From IMG/VR virus record IMGVR_UViG_3300000154_000010: a stretch of DNA of 52,202 nucleotides. One strand, given 5' to 3'. The translations under genes and the position numbers were made by a program. The stretch is from a virus. The notes below the pieces were generated by a model. It searched no databases and had not been told where the DNA came from. It saw only the letters and a program-made list of their open reading frames with translations. This document shows positions 26,377 to 36,904 of this stretch, piece after piece (position 1 is the stretch's first letter; every line of letters starts with the position of its first letter).

Positions 26377-26691
26377 CTATTCCACTTCTGTATTGTTTTC
26401 ATGATACCATGCACCATGATGATTTTGCCTGTTCTGACTAACTTCGCATTCACAGGAATCACACGCGATTAATATTTCGACTTCCATGTATGTAAGATTC
26501 TCACCATCGTCCCTTGCATCGCCACACCTTGGAGTATCTTTTCCTCCACTTGTACTATCCATTCCATTCTCATCGATACATTTATCACAGCATAATTCTC
26601 CTTTATTTCCTATCCCTGCTTCAGTTACAATACCTTCACTTATTAAATTTTCAAGTGCCATTTTTTTCTCCTTTAATTGGTTACGACTCAT
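26377..26691 (-). CDS. Acidic Cys-rich hypothetical protein
   Basis: CCDKC, CDSCEC; ORF track. Confidence 0.6.
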   Translation of the reverse strand: MSRNQLKEKKMALENLISEGIVTEAGIGNKGELCCDKCIDENGMDSTSGGKDTPRCGDARDDGENLTYMEVEILIACDSCECEVSQNRQNHHGAWYHENNTEVE

Positions 26692-26700
26692 TAATAAATA

Positions 26701-27390
26701 TCATACGTTTGCCCTTTTTAGTAATTTTTTATACTCTTGAGGATTTCTAACTTTATTAATTACATTTTGAGCAATCCCCGAATCATTACTCAAACCTATA
26801 TACTTTAAATAATGTGGAATTAAAGAATGTCCTATAGGTAACATATTGTAATCATCACTCAAATATAAATGATTATATATCGAAGAAAATATATCCATTG
26901 TTGATGATGTTCCATAAACTGCAGTATCCATAGTTCCTATGCCAAAAAATTCTTCTTCGTAAGTTATCTCTGATGAATAAAGAACCAATTCATCAAGTTT
27001 ATATGTTGAAATTTCTTTAATTAAATTTTTATCATGATAAACATCAGGTCTTGTCATTATTACACAATCATATTTAAAATCATTGTCTAATTCATATTGT
27101 GTTTTTAATAAATTACCCCTATGAACTAAATAATAATATTTTGGGATATTAAATTTAATTTTATTTTCTATTTCTCTTGATAAAAATTCATATCCCTTTG
27201 GATTGAATATCTCTAACATCTCATCATTTATATCAGAATTTCCGTGAAATTTATATGGGTAATTATCTTCCTCTCGATTAGTAGTATCCCAAGTCGATAC
27301 AAAGAAATCAACATCCCAATATTTATAAATGTGTTTCATAATTTCCCAATATCTCATTTCACCAGATATACACACCGCTATTTTACTCAC
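26701..27390 (-). CDS. Putative glycosyltransferase-like protein (AVCxxGxxR family)
   Basis: KIAVCISGEMR, FFVSTWD, YDCVIMTRPDV; paralog at 34616-35311. Confidence 0.6.
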   Translation of the reverse strand: MSKIAVCISGEMRYWEIMKHIYKYWDVDFFVSTWDTTNREEDNYPYKFHGNSDINDEMLEIFNPKGYEFLSREIENKIKFNIPKYYYLVHRGNLLKTQYELDNDFKYDCVIMTRPDVYHDKNLIKEISTYKLDELVLYSSEITYEEEFFGIGTMDTAVYGTSSTMDIFSSIYNHLYLSDDYNMLPIGHSLIPHYLKYIGLSNDSGIAQNVINKVRNPQEYKKLLKRANV

Positions 27391-27955
27391 AATTAAATCC
27401 TAATCTTTTTATATAATTTACAAATGGTAAGTATCTTCGTTGTTCTTCTGTTATCAGAGGTTTACCTTCAAATTCATACCAAGCATTCCATTGTTCTTGT
27501 GCAAATGTATCGTGATTACCTTTATAGTATTGAGATATAGCATTAAATTCAACTGAACCACAATACCACATATCTGGAGTAAATATAGTCATTGGAATAA
27601 AATTAAATAAATCCTTTATAATTTCATCACTCTTTTGTATATTACTTTGTAAAACTACTGTACTTGTTATTTTATCTGAACCTCCCGACTGTTCAACATA
27701 TTTAACATCACTCCATTGTTCAAAATCATTTCTAATTTTAATTGTTTTTTTATCAAACACCATGATAGTTTTTGGTCTTGGTTTAGTAATTTTATCTGGC
27801 ATTTCAACTCCATTTAAATATAAACAAATATCATACAAATAACCTTTTTGTAATTCAAGTTTATTTTTTTCGTGATTTAATTCTTCAAGAGACAAACCTT
27901 TAATCGTATCAAAATTATCTAAAGAATTATTACTAATTAATAATAATTTTTTCAT
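27383..27955 (-). CDS. Hypothetical protein
   Basis: ORF track; overlaps both neighbours. Confidence 0.7.
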   Translation of the reverse strand: MKKLLLISNNSLDNFDTIKGLSLEELNHEKNKLELQKGYLYDICLYLNGVEMPDKITKPRPKTIMVFDKKTIKIRNDFEQWSDVKYVEQSGGSDKITSTVVLQSNIQKSDEIIKDLFNFIPMTIFTPDMWYCGSVEFNAISQYYKGNHDTFAQEQWNAWYEFEGKPLITEEQRRYLPFVNYIKRLGFNCE

Positions 27956-28697
27956 TTTTCAAAAATTCCTTTTTTAACCCTCTATATATGTTTTCTTGTT
28001 TCATTTCCGATTCATCAGTAAACTTCTCTTGATTAATATTGTAGTATTCAATAACTTTATCTGTAATGTATTGTGGGAAAAACTCTTTGACATAATCAAA
28101 ATTATGTTTCATTGGTGGATGTCCGTCTCGACTACCATTATCTTGCCAAGTTATTTTTTCTTTCTCAAAATCATAGTTTTCATAACACCAATTTTCCATT
28201 ACTGGATATTTAAATAAATTCAAACAATAATCTAACTCTTGTTTTACATCTCCACGCATTTTAAAATTACCGTGACCAAAATTGTGTTTCATAGATTGTA
28301 AAAATTCATATTTAACATTTTTAGAATCTAATATTGACTTGATTGATTGTATCACAATACAACTATCATAAACTGCTGTTGCGAAATTGTAAGTTTTTCC
28401 CATTGGGTGATCTTTTAGATTATCATCAATAATGTCACCTAAGTTGTATATGTAGAAATTATTATTATCAACATAAGACATTCTATTGAAAGTTGTAAAC
28501 ATAACCATTACACAATCTTCTGATGTAAATTTATATTTTTTATCTGCTTGTAAAAATTTATATAGAATATTTTTATTATCTGCTCCACCAAGAGCAAAAT
28601 TATAGTATTCATCAAAACTTAACCCAATGTAGTCGTTCCAAGTCGGCCAAGACCATTTTGTAAAACTACAACCAAATGTAAATAATCTTTTATTCAT
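27933..28697 (-). CDS. SGNH/GDSL-like acylhydrolase or acyltransferase
   Basis: FGCSFT, GGADN, DGHP. Confidence 0.7.
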   Translation of the reverse strand: MNKRLFTFGCSFTKWSWPTWNDYIGLSFDEYYNFALGGADNKNILYKFLQADKKYKFTSEDCVMVMFTTFNRMSYVDNNNFYIYNLGDIIDDNLKDHPMGKTYNFATAVYDSCIVIQSIKSILDSKNVKYEFLQSMKHNFGHGNFKMRGDVKQELDYCLNLFKYPVMENWCYENYDFEKEKITWQDNGSRDGHPPMKHNFDYVKEFFPQYITDKVIEYYNINQEKFTDESEMKQENIYRGLKKEFLKNEKIIIN

Positions 28698-29463
28698 ATG
28701 ACTTTAACTTTCTTGTAATTGAATCGGCAATTACTTTACAACCTTTTGATGATAAATGTGTATCATCTACACCAGGTAAAACATCACATATTCTTAATTT
28801 ATCATCATTCTGAATAACATTTTTTTCTGTAATGCTCTCAAAACCATCATAAATGCTTCCTTTGTAGTTTATTGGTATAAAATTATTAGGATAATGTTTT
28901 TTTAACAATTTTCCCACATCATCCCTCCAAGATAATCCTATCCAGCTTGGGTAAGGATTTTTTGGATACTTATGATCTTTTAAATTAGGATCATCTCTAA
29001 TTGCTAAACTTTCAAGGTTTTCTGCAACAGTATCTATTTGATGTAAGATAGTATTATCTATCCATTTTTGCGTCGGTATTTCCTTTATATTACCGAAATA
29101 ACGTTGTATTTTTACATCAGCCACGTCTCGTAACCAATCAGAAAATTGTACTATTGTTGTAGTAATGGAATTTGTCCGGGATGTTCTGTGACAATGTTCA
29201 ATGCTATATAAAGTGGTGGTTAAGTTAGAACCACCATTGGTGTATGTTCCTATAACAAATGCCTTATTCATTTCTTTTGCAACTAAATTTGGCCAGTTAT
29301 TTTGTTTTCTATACTGATCGGCATTATAACTTAAATGTTCTAAATGATAGTTGTAGGGTAATACCTTATTTATTTCTTCGATTGACCAACCTTCTTCATT
29401 GTGAAGATACTCGTATTGTAAACCTGAACCCCAAGTGTAACTGCAACCTAAAAATAATATCAT
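28690..29463 (-). CDS. SGNH/GDSL-like protein
   Basis: LGCSYTWG, GGSN, DDTHLS..G...IA. Confidence 0.7.
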   Translation of the reverse strand: MILFLGCSYTWGSGLQYEYLHNEEGWSIEEINKVLPYNYHLEHLSYNADQYRKQNNWPNLVAKEMNKAFVIGTYTNGGSNLTTTLYSIEHCHRTSRTNSITTTIVQFSDWLRDVADVKIQRYFGNIKEIPTQKWIDNTILHQIDTVAENLESLAIRDDPNLKDHKYPKNPYPSWIGLSWRDDVGKLLKKHYPNNFIPINYKGSIYDGFESITEKNVIQNDDKLRICDVLPGVDDTHLSSKGCKVIADSITRKLKSYE

Positions 29464-29984
29464 TTTCCGTACTCCTCTGGATATTCAACCAATATAATTG
29501 GTTTTTTATTTTTATATGCCTTTTTATAAGTTTCATAAATATTAGACTTATCATAAAGATTTATTACTTCAATGTCACCTAACATACTTTTTAATCCTTC
29601 TGTGTAGTCTGCCTTGTGTTGAACACCGGGGTCTAATGGGTCATCACTTCCTTTTCCAACTCTAATAATAACGTGTGAGTCATAACCTGTCATATGTTTA
29701 AATTTATCTAAATGGTTAACCAATTGGTTAGTAGCACAAATTAAAAAATCCCATCTTGGATAAAAGGTAATAACACACATATTGGTCATACCTAAACCAA
29801 CTGACATACCCATTTGAACTTCTTCAAACACCGGAGTTTCAATTATTTTATCTTTTGGAACATCTAAAATTGTAGTGGACATTGGATTACCTGCAAATGC
29901 AGTTTGTTGTCCTATAAAAATAGTATTTGGTTTTTCTGATAAATACTTCATTGACTTTATCAATTCTTCTTTGTAAGTTAACAT
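29460..29984 (-). CDS. 2-oxoacid dehydrogenase E1 beta-like protein (pyrimidine-binding domain only)
   Basis: IFIGQ, IIETPVFEEVQMGMSVG, DFLICATNQLVN, GVQH; no C-terminal domain. Confidence 0.8.
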   Translation of the reverse strand: MLTYKEELIKSMKYLSEKPNTIFIGQQTAFAGNPMSTTILDVPKDKIIETPVFEEVQMGMSVGLGMTNMCVITFYPRWDFLICATNQLVNHLDKFKHMTGYDSHVIIRVGKGSDDPLDPGVQHKADYTEGLKSMLGDIEVINLYDKSNIYETYKKAYKNKKPIILVEYPEEYGK

Positions 29985-31183
29985 AGTGTCTCCAATAATT
30001 TTATTTTTTCTGTTTTAGTATTAATAAAATTTAGTAATGTTTTTTGATTGTGTTCTAATATTGGTAAAATATCTATCCACCAATCTCTTAGTTCTTGGTT
30101 TGATTTACTTCTAAATTTGTCCAGTTCGTCAAATATCATAGTCATTCTTTTTTTATGATTTTTTTCTAAATCATAAGATTCATCAATAAATGGACTAAAT
30201 GTTTTGAATCCCAATTCTTTTAACTTTTCCAAAAATAAAGGTGATGAAGTTACGATAAATGGATGCAAATTGTAAATTGGTTTTATTATTTTTTCAGAAA
30301 TAAAAATATTATCCAAATCAAAAATAGTTTCCGAAACTACACTCAAAAATGTTTCTTGATACAATTTCCATTCTGACGAAAACATTACATTAAAATTTGA
30401 TTTATTTGTTATTTGTTTAGTATCGAGTTCTACAATTTTCTTATCAATAACTTTTTTGTAAGATGAAAAGTATTTTTTATCTAATATCTCTGGAAAATCC
30501 GCTTGATTTGTATCCAACCCTGCCCTTAAAAAACTAATGTTGTTATTCCACAAGTTGTTGTACTCATAATAAGAAGCTAAAGCAATTCTATGTGGTCTCG
30601 CACAATTTCTCATAAAAGTTAAAAAATGTTTACTTTTAGAATCAATATCAATATCACTTACTTTTTTTACGACAAAACTATAATCAAAATTATCATCTAA
30701 TTCCATAGTATTATCTTTTAATTTATTTAATGCAAAAGAAATACCATCAACAACGTGAGTAGACTTTATTATATTGACTGGTGTTTCATTACCACTTGAT
30801 ACCAAATCTCCAGATAATAAATACACCTTTGATAAATCGTAATCAACTTTATTATTTTTATACCAATGATTTAAAGATTTTATTGATAATGTACCCTCAG
30901 ATTCATATCCAACAATTATTATGCATTTTTCCTTTTTTACTAACTCTTTTACTTTTTTTGGAATATTATTTAACACCAAATATAGTCCGTTTTCTTGTAT
31001 TAATTCAACAAGATAAATATATTTTTTGTTTTCTACTCTACCTATATTAGTTGAATTTACTTTAAATAAATCTTGTAAATCAGAACTATAAAATGATCCA
31101 GTTAAACACTTCATAAAGTAATCGTTTCTATTCTTGTTATAAAAGTGTTCATCACTATTTATTATATTTAAAATATTACCCAT
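29978..31183 (-). CDS. Putative glycosyltransferase-like protein (R.PHR..SEK..KP..HPFI family, copy 1)
   Basis: MRNCARPHR, FLSVVSET, SEKIIKPIYNLHPFI, GFKTFSPFIDESYD; activity inferred from context. Confidence 0.55.
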   Translation of the reverse strand: MGNILNIINSDEHFYNKNRNDYFMKCLTGSFYSSDLQDLFKVNSTNIGRVENKKYIYLVELIQENGLYLVLNNIPKKVKELVKKEKCIIIVGYESEGTLSIKSLNHWYKNNKVDYDLSKVYLLSGDLVSSGNETPVNIIKSTHVVDGISFALNKLKDNTMELDDNFDYSFVVKKVSDIDIDSKSKHFLTFMRNCARPHRIALASYYEYNNLWNNNISFLRAGLDTNQADFPEILDKKYFSSYKKVIDKKIVELDTKQITNKSNFNVMFSSEWKLYQETFLSVVSETIFDLDNIFISEKIIKPIYNLHPFIVTSSPLFLEKLKELGFKTFSPFIDESYDLEKNHKKRMTMIFDELDKFRSKSNQELRDWWIDILPILEHNQKTLLNFINTKTEKIKLLETLC

Positions 31184-31797
31184 TTGCCCGTCCCATAATG
31201 TGGATATTTAGATTTATAATTATAATGAATTACATCATCTGGTATATCTCGTTTTTTATTCCAAGTTGCTATTGTTGGTGTTTGGGTAGAAACTTCATTA
31301 TCCTCAACAATAAAATATAAAGGTAAATCAAAATTTCGTGCATATTTATGACACTCATAAAATATACCAGTTTCAAAAGTCATATCACCAACAAAACACC
31401 ACACTTTTTGAGATGAATTTTGTCTCTTTAATCCAATGGCAGTTCCAAGTGCTATGGATATAATACCAGTAACAATTGCTGATGAATAAAAATTATGGTC
31501 TAAATTACATAAAGTTATAGACCTACCTTCTAATATTTCATTTTTAATCCATTCTGGAGATATACCATGACACAATGCATGATAATGTGACCTCCAAGTA
31601 GAAAAAATATGATCATCATAACTAATACGAGAAAATACTTCAATCACTTGTTCTTCATTACCATTTGATAGATGTACTGGGGCATGAATATCTCCACCTT
31701 CCCAATGTTTAACTATATCACTTTCAAAATCAATTAAATTATCAATAGTTAAATCAACATCTCTTACCTTTTTATATTGTTCTAAATTTTTTATCAT
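31168..31797 (-). CDS. 2-oxoacid dehydrogenase E1 alpha-like TPP-binding protein
   Basis: HLSNGNE, STWRSHYHAL, FVGD...FIVEDN (TPP motif). Confidence 0.85.
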   Translation of the reverse strand: MIKNLEQYKKVRDVDLTIDNLIDFESDIVKHWEGGDIHAPVHLSNGNEEQVIEVFSRISYDDHIFSTWRSHYHALCHGISPEWIKNEILEGRSITLCNLDHNFYSSAIVTGIISIALGTAIGLKRQNSSQKVWCFVGDMTFETGIFYECHKYARNFDLPLYFIVEDNEVSTQTPTIATWNKKRDIPDDVIHYNYKSKYPHYGTGKWVIF

Positions 31798-31800
31798 TTG

Positions 31801-32514
31801 TTACCCTTTTGTTATTGTAAACCCATTATTGGTGAATGAAGCTTTTATATTTTTTTCTTTGGTAAATTTTTTCACATCATGTAATACAGGCTCATAGTGA
31901 ATATCATCACCACCAATTACGGCACCATTCTTTAGTTTTGGCCAATAATTTTTAAGATGATTATAGACAACATCATCTCCGTGATCTCCATCTATCCATA
32001 CAAAATTAAGTGAATTATCATCATATAATCTATGTGAATAAATTTCATCACAAGTAATAAAATTTACAAAATCTACTAAATCTAAATCCCGTAGTGGATG
32101 TTTGCATATATCCACAGGTGAAATAGTGAATTCTTTGAATCTATTATAATACTCTACAAATTGATAAGGATGTCCACATTCTTTATAGGCCTCTATGGTC
32201 ATTGGAATCATCCAAAATAAATCTATTGCATCAAATTTTATCTTTTTATTCGATTGTTTTATTAACTCTGCCATTCGTGTTGTAGATTGTCCAAAAAGTA
32301 CTCCTATTTCGACAAAATAATCACCATCTTTTGCGTTATTGACCATTTCCTCATAAATAAATTCTGCATCATTTATCCAACCAGGTATATCTGTATAAGA
32401 TTTTATTTGAAAAGGATATTTTGTTTTGAAATGAGCAGGATAGCAATGACAATCATCATACGATTTCCACCAACTTTCCTTTTTATGATTACAATTGATA
32501 TGTTTATTATCCAT
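31801..32514 (-). CDS. Class I SAM-dependent methyltransferase
   Basis: VEIGVLFGQS, WIDGDH, GAVIGGDD. Confidence 0.85.
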   Translation of the reverse strand: MDNKHINCNHKKESWWKSYDDCHCYPAHFKTKYPFQIKSYTDIPGWINDAEFIYEEMVNNAKDGDYFVEIGVLFGQSTTRMAELIKQSNKKIKFDAIDLFWMIPMTIEAYKECGHPYQFVEYYNRFKEFTISPVDICKHPLRDLDLVDFVNFITCDEIYSHRLYDDNSLNFVWIDGDHGDDVVYNHLKNYWPKLKNGAVIGGDDIHYEPVLHDVKKFTKEKNIKASFTNNGFTITKG

Positions 32515-32534
32515 TTAAAACCTTCTCTTTAATA

Positions 32535-32542
32535 TATAAATA
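32535..32542 (-). promoter_or_regulatory. Putative late-promoter motif TATTTATA
   Basis: In the 32515-32555 gap. Confidence 0.45.
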
Positions 32543-32555
32543 TTAATATAATGGG

Positions 32556-32972
32556 TTAATCGTTAAAAAAATCGCTACATATTCCAGCAACCTCAATAAT
32601 TGGTTTTTCTTTCGGCAATACGGCAATCGATTTATCTGTCAGTTGTTTATTTGGATATGTCCAAATATATCCTTTACTTGTTAAAGTCACATCATCTTCT
32701 TGATGAAAAAAACAATGTATATTTTTATTTAATAACATTTTATACAACCCTTCAATATTTTTAGCATGACACCAAAATTTTGGATTTTCTAAATAATATT
32801 CATCAACAAGATATTGAGGTTTATCGTGGCCTAACCAAAAACCAGTATCATCAATCCACCATACATCAATTTCTACATCAAACCCTTGATTTAATGCCTC
32901 TTGTATATATTCAGGATGATTCTCGTACGCAGATGCACCATTCAAATTTCCTCTATGTGATATCAGTATCAT
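32556..32972 (-). CDS. Glycerophosphodiester phosphodiesterase-like (PLC-like) protein
   Basis: ISHRG, EN, GFDVEIDV, LGHD, WCHAKN. Confidence 0.8.
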   Translation of the reverse strand: MILISHRGNLNGASAYENHPEYIQEALNQGFDVEIDVWWIDDTGFWLGHDKPQYLVDEYYLENPKFWCHAKNIEGLYKMLLNKNIHCFFHQEDDVTLTSKGYIWTYPNKQLTDKSIAVLPKEKPIIEVAGICSDFFND

Positions 32973-33691
32973 TTATTTATATAATTTAATAGCTTTTCCC
33001 CCCAAAGGTGGTGAGCTTCTTGGTTTGGATGCCATTTATCATGACAATATAGTTCATTATCTTTAGTCCACAGATCAAAATTAAAATTATTATCATCAAT
33101 ATAAAACCTATCTTTATTTATAAAAGACTCAAAGTAATCATAAGTAATCGTATCCGTTTGATTACTAAAATGACTTATCGAATCAAAAAATAAATAATCT
33201 GCATCATTAATATCCATAAAACTTTGTAGTCCAATTAATATTTGTATTTGAGATAATTTTAAATATGATTCATTTGATAAAAAATTATCAAAAAAATTTA
33301 ATCTATCTTCATAACTCCACTTAATTTTTTTATTATGTCCAATATCACCAAGATAATCACATGATAAATCTTCCTTTTCAATTAGTGATCTTGCATTAAT
33401 CCTAAACCACCTTTTTAATTTATCATACCAAAATTCTATCCTAAATTCTTGAGTAAGGCCTATTAAAAATAAAGTATCTTTAATATTTTCCTTATTATTT
33501 AAACTCCAATCATACAATTTTCTACATATTCTATAATTAGAAGTTCCACTTTTTGATAAATTAATAGAGTTTGCATCAAAATATTTTGCTATATAATCTC
33601 CATATGTATTATAAACGCCAGAATAATCTTTCATTGCAGCAGAAAAACTACAACCTATTGATACAACATATTTATAATTTTTTTTATACAT
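32969..33691 (-). CDS. SGNH/GDSL-like protein
   Basis: IGCSFS, SGTSN, HPNQEAHHLWG. Confidence 0.7.
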   Translation of the reverse strand: MYKKNYKYVVSIGCSFSAAMKDYSGVYNTYGDYIAKYFDANSINLSKSGTSNYRICRKLYDWSLNNKENIKDTLFLIGLTQEFRIEFWYDKLKRWFRINARSLIEKEDLSCDYLGDIGHNKKIKWSYEDRLNFFDNFLSNESYLKLSQIQILIGLQSFMDINDADYLFFDSISHFSNQTDTITYDYFESFINKDRFYIDDNNFNFDLWTKDNELYCHDKWHPNQEAHHLWGEKLLNYINK

Positions 33692-34619
33692 TTTGTAAAT
33701 GAGTTAATACTGGAACTAATTCTTTATATGAACAATTTTTACAATGGTCGGTTGGATTATTTGTTTCACATCCCTGTTTTACTTCTTGATATTTTTCATT
33801 CATTCTTATCTCATCAATTGAATTTTCAAATAAATTACCAAATGATTCTGTACCCGTATTTAAACAACACATTTTTACATCACCCTCGACTGTGGTGTAT
33901 AATCCATTTTTTACCCAAAAACAATCTGGAAAATCCCATTTAGATTTACCCATAATGTTTTCACTCCAATTATCTCTAAGATAATTTAATTGTTCGTGTG
34001 AATATCCTGATGTTGCAATGTCATCACTCATCTTTATATTCTCATCCCAAATCTGTGCTATATTTAATCTTAACATACCTAAATTATTTTCTTTTCTTAA
34101 TCTATCTATCTTTTCAATATCTTCTATATTATAAGCATTTACAACATAGTTCACAACCACATCACAATCATAACGATTAATTGTTTCAAAATCTTTTAAG
34201 AACTGAATTAATCTACTCCATTTTGCTGGTGCTCTATCTCTTTCATAATTTTCTTTATAACCATCTATTGAAAAATATAAAATATCAATGTACTTCATAC
34301 ACTCTTGAAACTTTCTTCTAAATTCCAATCCCTCTTTTATATTGTATTGACAATTTGTTGCAACAATTAATTTACACTTTGGAAATACTTCTTTAAATTT
34401 TCTACACACTCCATCAAAATGTGGATGTAATAATGGTTCTCCCATACCCATAAGTTTTACTTCTTTGATTGGGTGATGTTTTATTCCATCCAATAACTTA
34501 TCCCAATCCTCTAAACTCATATGTTTTAGTGGTCCTATTACATCTATTCTATTGCAAAAACTACAATCTAAATTACAATAATTTGTAGTTTCTAAGTATG
34601 CGTATGTTATTGGTTTCAT
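33684..34619 (-). CDS. Radical SAM protein with SPASM/twitch-like C-terminus
   Basis: CNLDCSFC, GMGEPLLH, C-terminal C..G.V..CC...C..C. Confidence 0.92.
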   Translation of the reverse strand: MKPITYAYLETTNYCNLDCSFCNRIDVIGPLKHMSLEDWDKLLDGIKHHPIKEVKLMGMGEPLLHPHFDGVCRKFKEVFPKCKLIVATNCQYNIKEGLEFRRKFQECMKYIDILYFSIDGYKENYERDRAPAKWSRLIQFLKDFETINRYDCDVVVNYVVNAYNIEDIEKIDRLRKENNLGMLRLNIAQIWDENIKMSDDIATSGYSHEQLNYLRDNWSENIMGKSKWDFPDCFWVKNGLYTTVEGDVKMCCLNTGTESFGNLFENSIDEIRMNEKYQEVKQGCETNNPTDHCKNCSYKELVPVLTHLQNV

Positions 34620-35311
34620 ACTTCTCTACCTTTATCTTTATCAAACAACAATAATGAATTAGCTAATCCATTACGAACATATACATCCAAATTACTATTT
34701 TTCAATAAATAACCATGATAATTATGTAAACCAGAATGATGTTCTTTCCATATATCACTTAATTTATAATATCTTTTCCAACCATTAGAATACAAATCAA
34801 ATGCCAAAGAAGTACCAGTAAAAATATAATCTGGAGATACTACTGAATGTTTCTTTGACTCATCCACCCCCACTCCACCATACACATCAAATTGATATTT
34901 TGTTGGATTATCACTTACTTCTTCCAGGTTCCTCAAAAATAAATCTAAATCTTTAGTGATATCATAATTACTTATGGTCATTAGAACATAATCAAAAATA
35001 AAATTATTATTAAGTTCATAATTTAACTTTAACATATTAACTCGTGTAATTAAATATGAAGCTCGTTCTGGGTTATGATGAACATTTGTCCCTACCTTTT
35101 TATCAAATTTACATATTTCTGGATTAATAAATTCTTTATCTGTGAAAAAATCAAAACAACTTTTATCTTCAAAATCATCCCAAGTAGATACAAAAAAATC
35201 AAATTGTAACTTATCAGATAATTTATTTAAAATTCTATAAACATTATTAATAATACTAAATGTTCGTGTCTGTCCATAAAAACAAACTGCTACTCTTTTA
35301 TTATCATCCAT
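34616..35311 (-). CDS. Putative glycosyltransferase-like protein (AVCxxGxxR family)
   Basis: RVAVCFYGQTR, FFVSTWD; paralog of 26701-27390. Confidence 0.6.
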   Translation of the reverse strand: MDDNKRVAVCFYGQTRTFSIINNVYRILNKLSDKLQFDFFVSTWDDFEDKSCFDFFTDKEFINPEICKFDKKVGTNVHHNPERASYLITRVNMLKLNYELNNNFIFDYVLMTISNYDITKDLDLFLRNLEEVSDNPTKYQFDVYGGVGVDESKKHSVVSPDYIFTGTSLAFDLYSNGWKRYYKLSDIWKEHHSGLHNYHGYLLKNSNLDVYVRNGLANSLLLFDKDKGREV

Positions 35312-35403
35312 TATAAAACCTCATAATATCCACCAATACCAAATGACATCTTAGTATTAATTGTTAAATGATTATTATCTATATCATATAAAATTTTATC
35401 CAT
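35311..35403 (-). CDS. Small ORF (30 aa)
   Basis: MDKILYDIDNNHLTINTKMSFGIGGYYEVL*; TAATG-coupled. Confidence 0.45.
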   Translation of the reverse strand: MDKILYDIDNNHLTINTKMSFGIGGYYEVL

Positions 35404-35408
35404 ACTCT

Positions 35409-36326
35409 TTAATATTTATCCATTTCATTCAAAACATTTTTTAATAGTGATTTTATTTCAAAATCTTTACAAAATATATCAGACCTTAATTTTGATTTTC
35501 GAATCAACTTTTCATCATCTCTCAATAGAATATCTATATAATCTTTCATTTCTGATATATCCAAGAATGTTACTAAATCTTTATACCTATTCTCATCTTT
35601 TGGATAGCTATGATCTGATATAACATAAATACCCGAAGATAAAAATGGTGCAAGACGAAGAGTTTCTAATCCTTTTCTACTTCTTTCTTGTTTACTTTCA
35701 CCTGAAGCTGGTTCCTGGTGAAGATTAATTAGAATAGGATATTTTGTAATATTAAAAGCATGATCATCAAAAGTAAAACAATTATCTATATTTTTAATAT
35801 TTGGCATATATCTCTTCAGTATTTTTGATCTTTTTTCATTATTATTATGTAAAAATGTTATAGGTTCTTTAAAATATTCTGTTCTATATAAGTTATGATA
35901 TCTATAATCGTAAATTTTAGAATATCCTGGTGCAAAATATATAACAGGAACATCAATTTTATCTTGTATAGTATCAATATTCAAATGAGTGTATGTCCAT
36001 ATAAAATCTAAATTATAAACACTATATTTTTTTTCAACTTCAGATTTATCTTTAAGTATTCTAGCCTCAGTTTCAAATATAACAGTTGTGATATTTTTTT
36101 GATTATTAATTTTACCAATTTCTTTAGTATTTTTATCTTCTGGATTTGCCATTACAATTAATAATGTTTCAACACCAGCATCAAATCTATAATCAATGTT
36201 ATCTAAAAATTGAGTATCATAATTTAATTGTAAAAATACATCTTTTAATGCCTCAATAAAAGGAAAACAATACCAATATAAATCGATTGGTGCAAAAATA
36301 ACTATTTTATCATACTTCTTCATCAT
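35409..36326 (-). CDS. Putative GT-B-like glycosyltransferase
   Basis: ILINLH, LETLRLAPFLSSGIYVISD; context. Confidence 0.5.
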   Translation of the reverse strand: MMKKYDKIVIFAPIDLYWYCFPFIEALKDVFLQLNYDTQFLDNIDYRFDAGVETLLIVMANPEDKNTKEIGKINNQKNITTVIFETEARILKDKSEVEKKYSVYNLDFIWTYTHLNIDTIQDKIDVPVIYFAPGYSKIYDYRYHNLYRTEYFKEPITFLHNNNEKRSKILKRYMPNIKNIDNCFTFDDHAFNITKYPILINLHQEPASGESKQERSRKGLETLRLAPFLSSGIYVISDHSYPKDENRYKDLVTFLDISEMKDYIDILLRDDEKLIRKSKLRSDIFCKDFEIKSLLKNVLNEMDKY

Positions 36327-36904
36327 TTATATATAAGTTGCTTACTTATACTCATTTTTTTGCAAATAGTAAATCCTGGATTAAACGGCAAAGTAACTTG
36401 TTCAAACTCATCACCAAACTTTTGTTTTATATAAAGAGCTGTAAGATAAACCGTATCTGAAAAATGTGGATCAATATACGATTCATCATATGGATAAGTG
36501 TCGTGAAAAAAAATAAACCCATCCTCTACTACTCTATCCTTAACATTCATAAAATCTTTTAATGATTGTTCGTGTGAATGGTCTGCATCAATAAATACAG
36601 CATCAAACATAATACCACTTTCTAATTGTTCAAAATATTCATCTGTACTCATTGATAAATATTTTATATTTTCTGGAACAAATACATTTCTTAAATACTC
36701 AGGAATTTCAGACCAAGGTATTAAATCAACACCAATCGCTTCTTTACAAAGCGGCACAACTTTTCTAAAACAATGTCCTCCTCTAACTCCAAGTTCTAAA
36801 TATCGTTCCGGTTTTAACCATTTACAAAACAATTCTAAAAATTCTGAATGATTGAGGGTTTCAGGAGGTGGTGGTATATTTCTAAGATGTATGGGGCTTA
36901 TCAT
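36323..36904 (-). CDS. Class I SAM-dependent methyltransferase
   Basis: YLELGVRGG, FIDADHS, FFHDT. Confidence 0.85.
   Translation of the reverse strand: MISPIHLRNIPPPPETLNHSEFLELFCKWLKPERYLELGVRGGHCFRKVVPLCKEAIGVDLIPWSEIPEYLRNVFVPENIKYLSMSTDEYFEQLESGIMFDAVFIDADHSHEQSLKDFMNVKDRVVEDGFIFFHDTYPYDESYIDPHFSDTVYLTALYIKQKFGDEFEQVTLPFNPGFTICKKMSISKQLIYK

Noticed and set aside
29460-31797. Pyruvate dehydrogenase as an auxiliary metabolic gene
   Set aside because: Both subunits are truncated, E2/E3 are absent from the window and the context is sugar biosynthesis.
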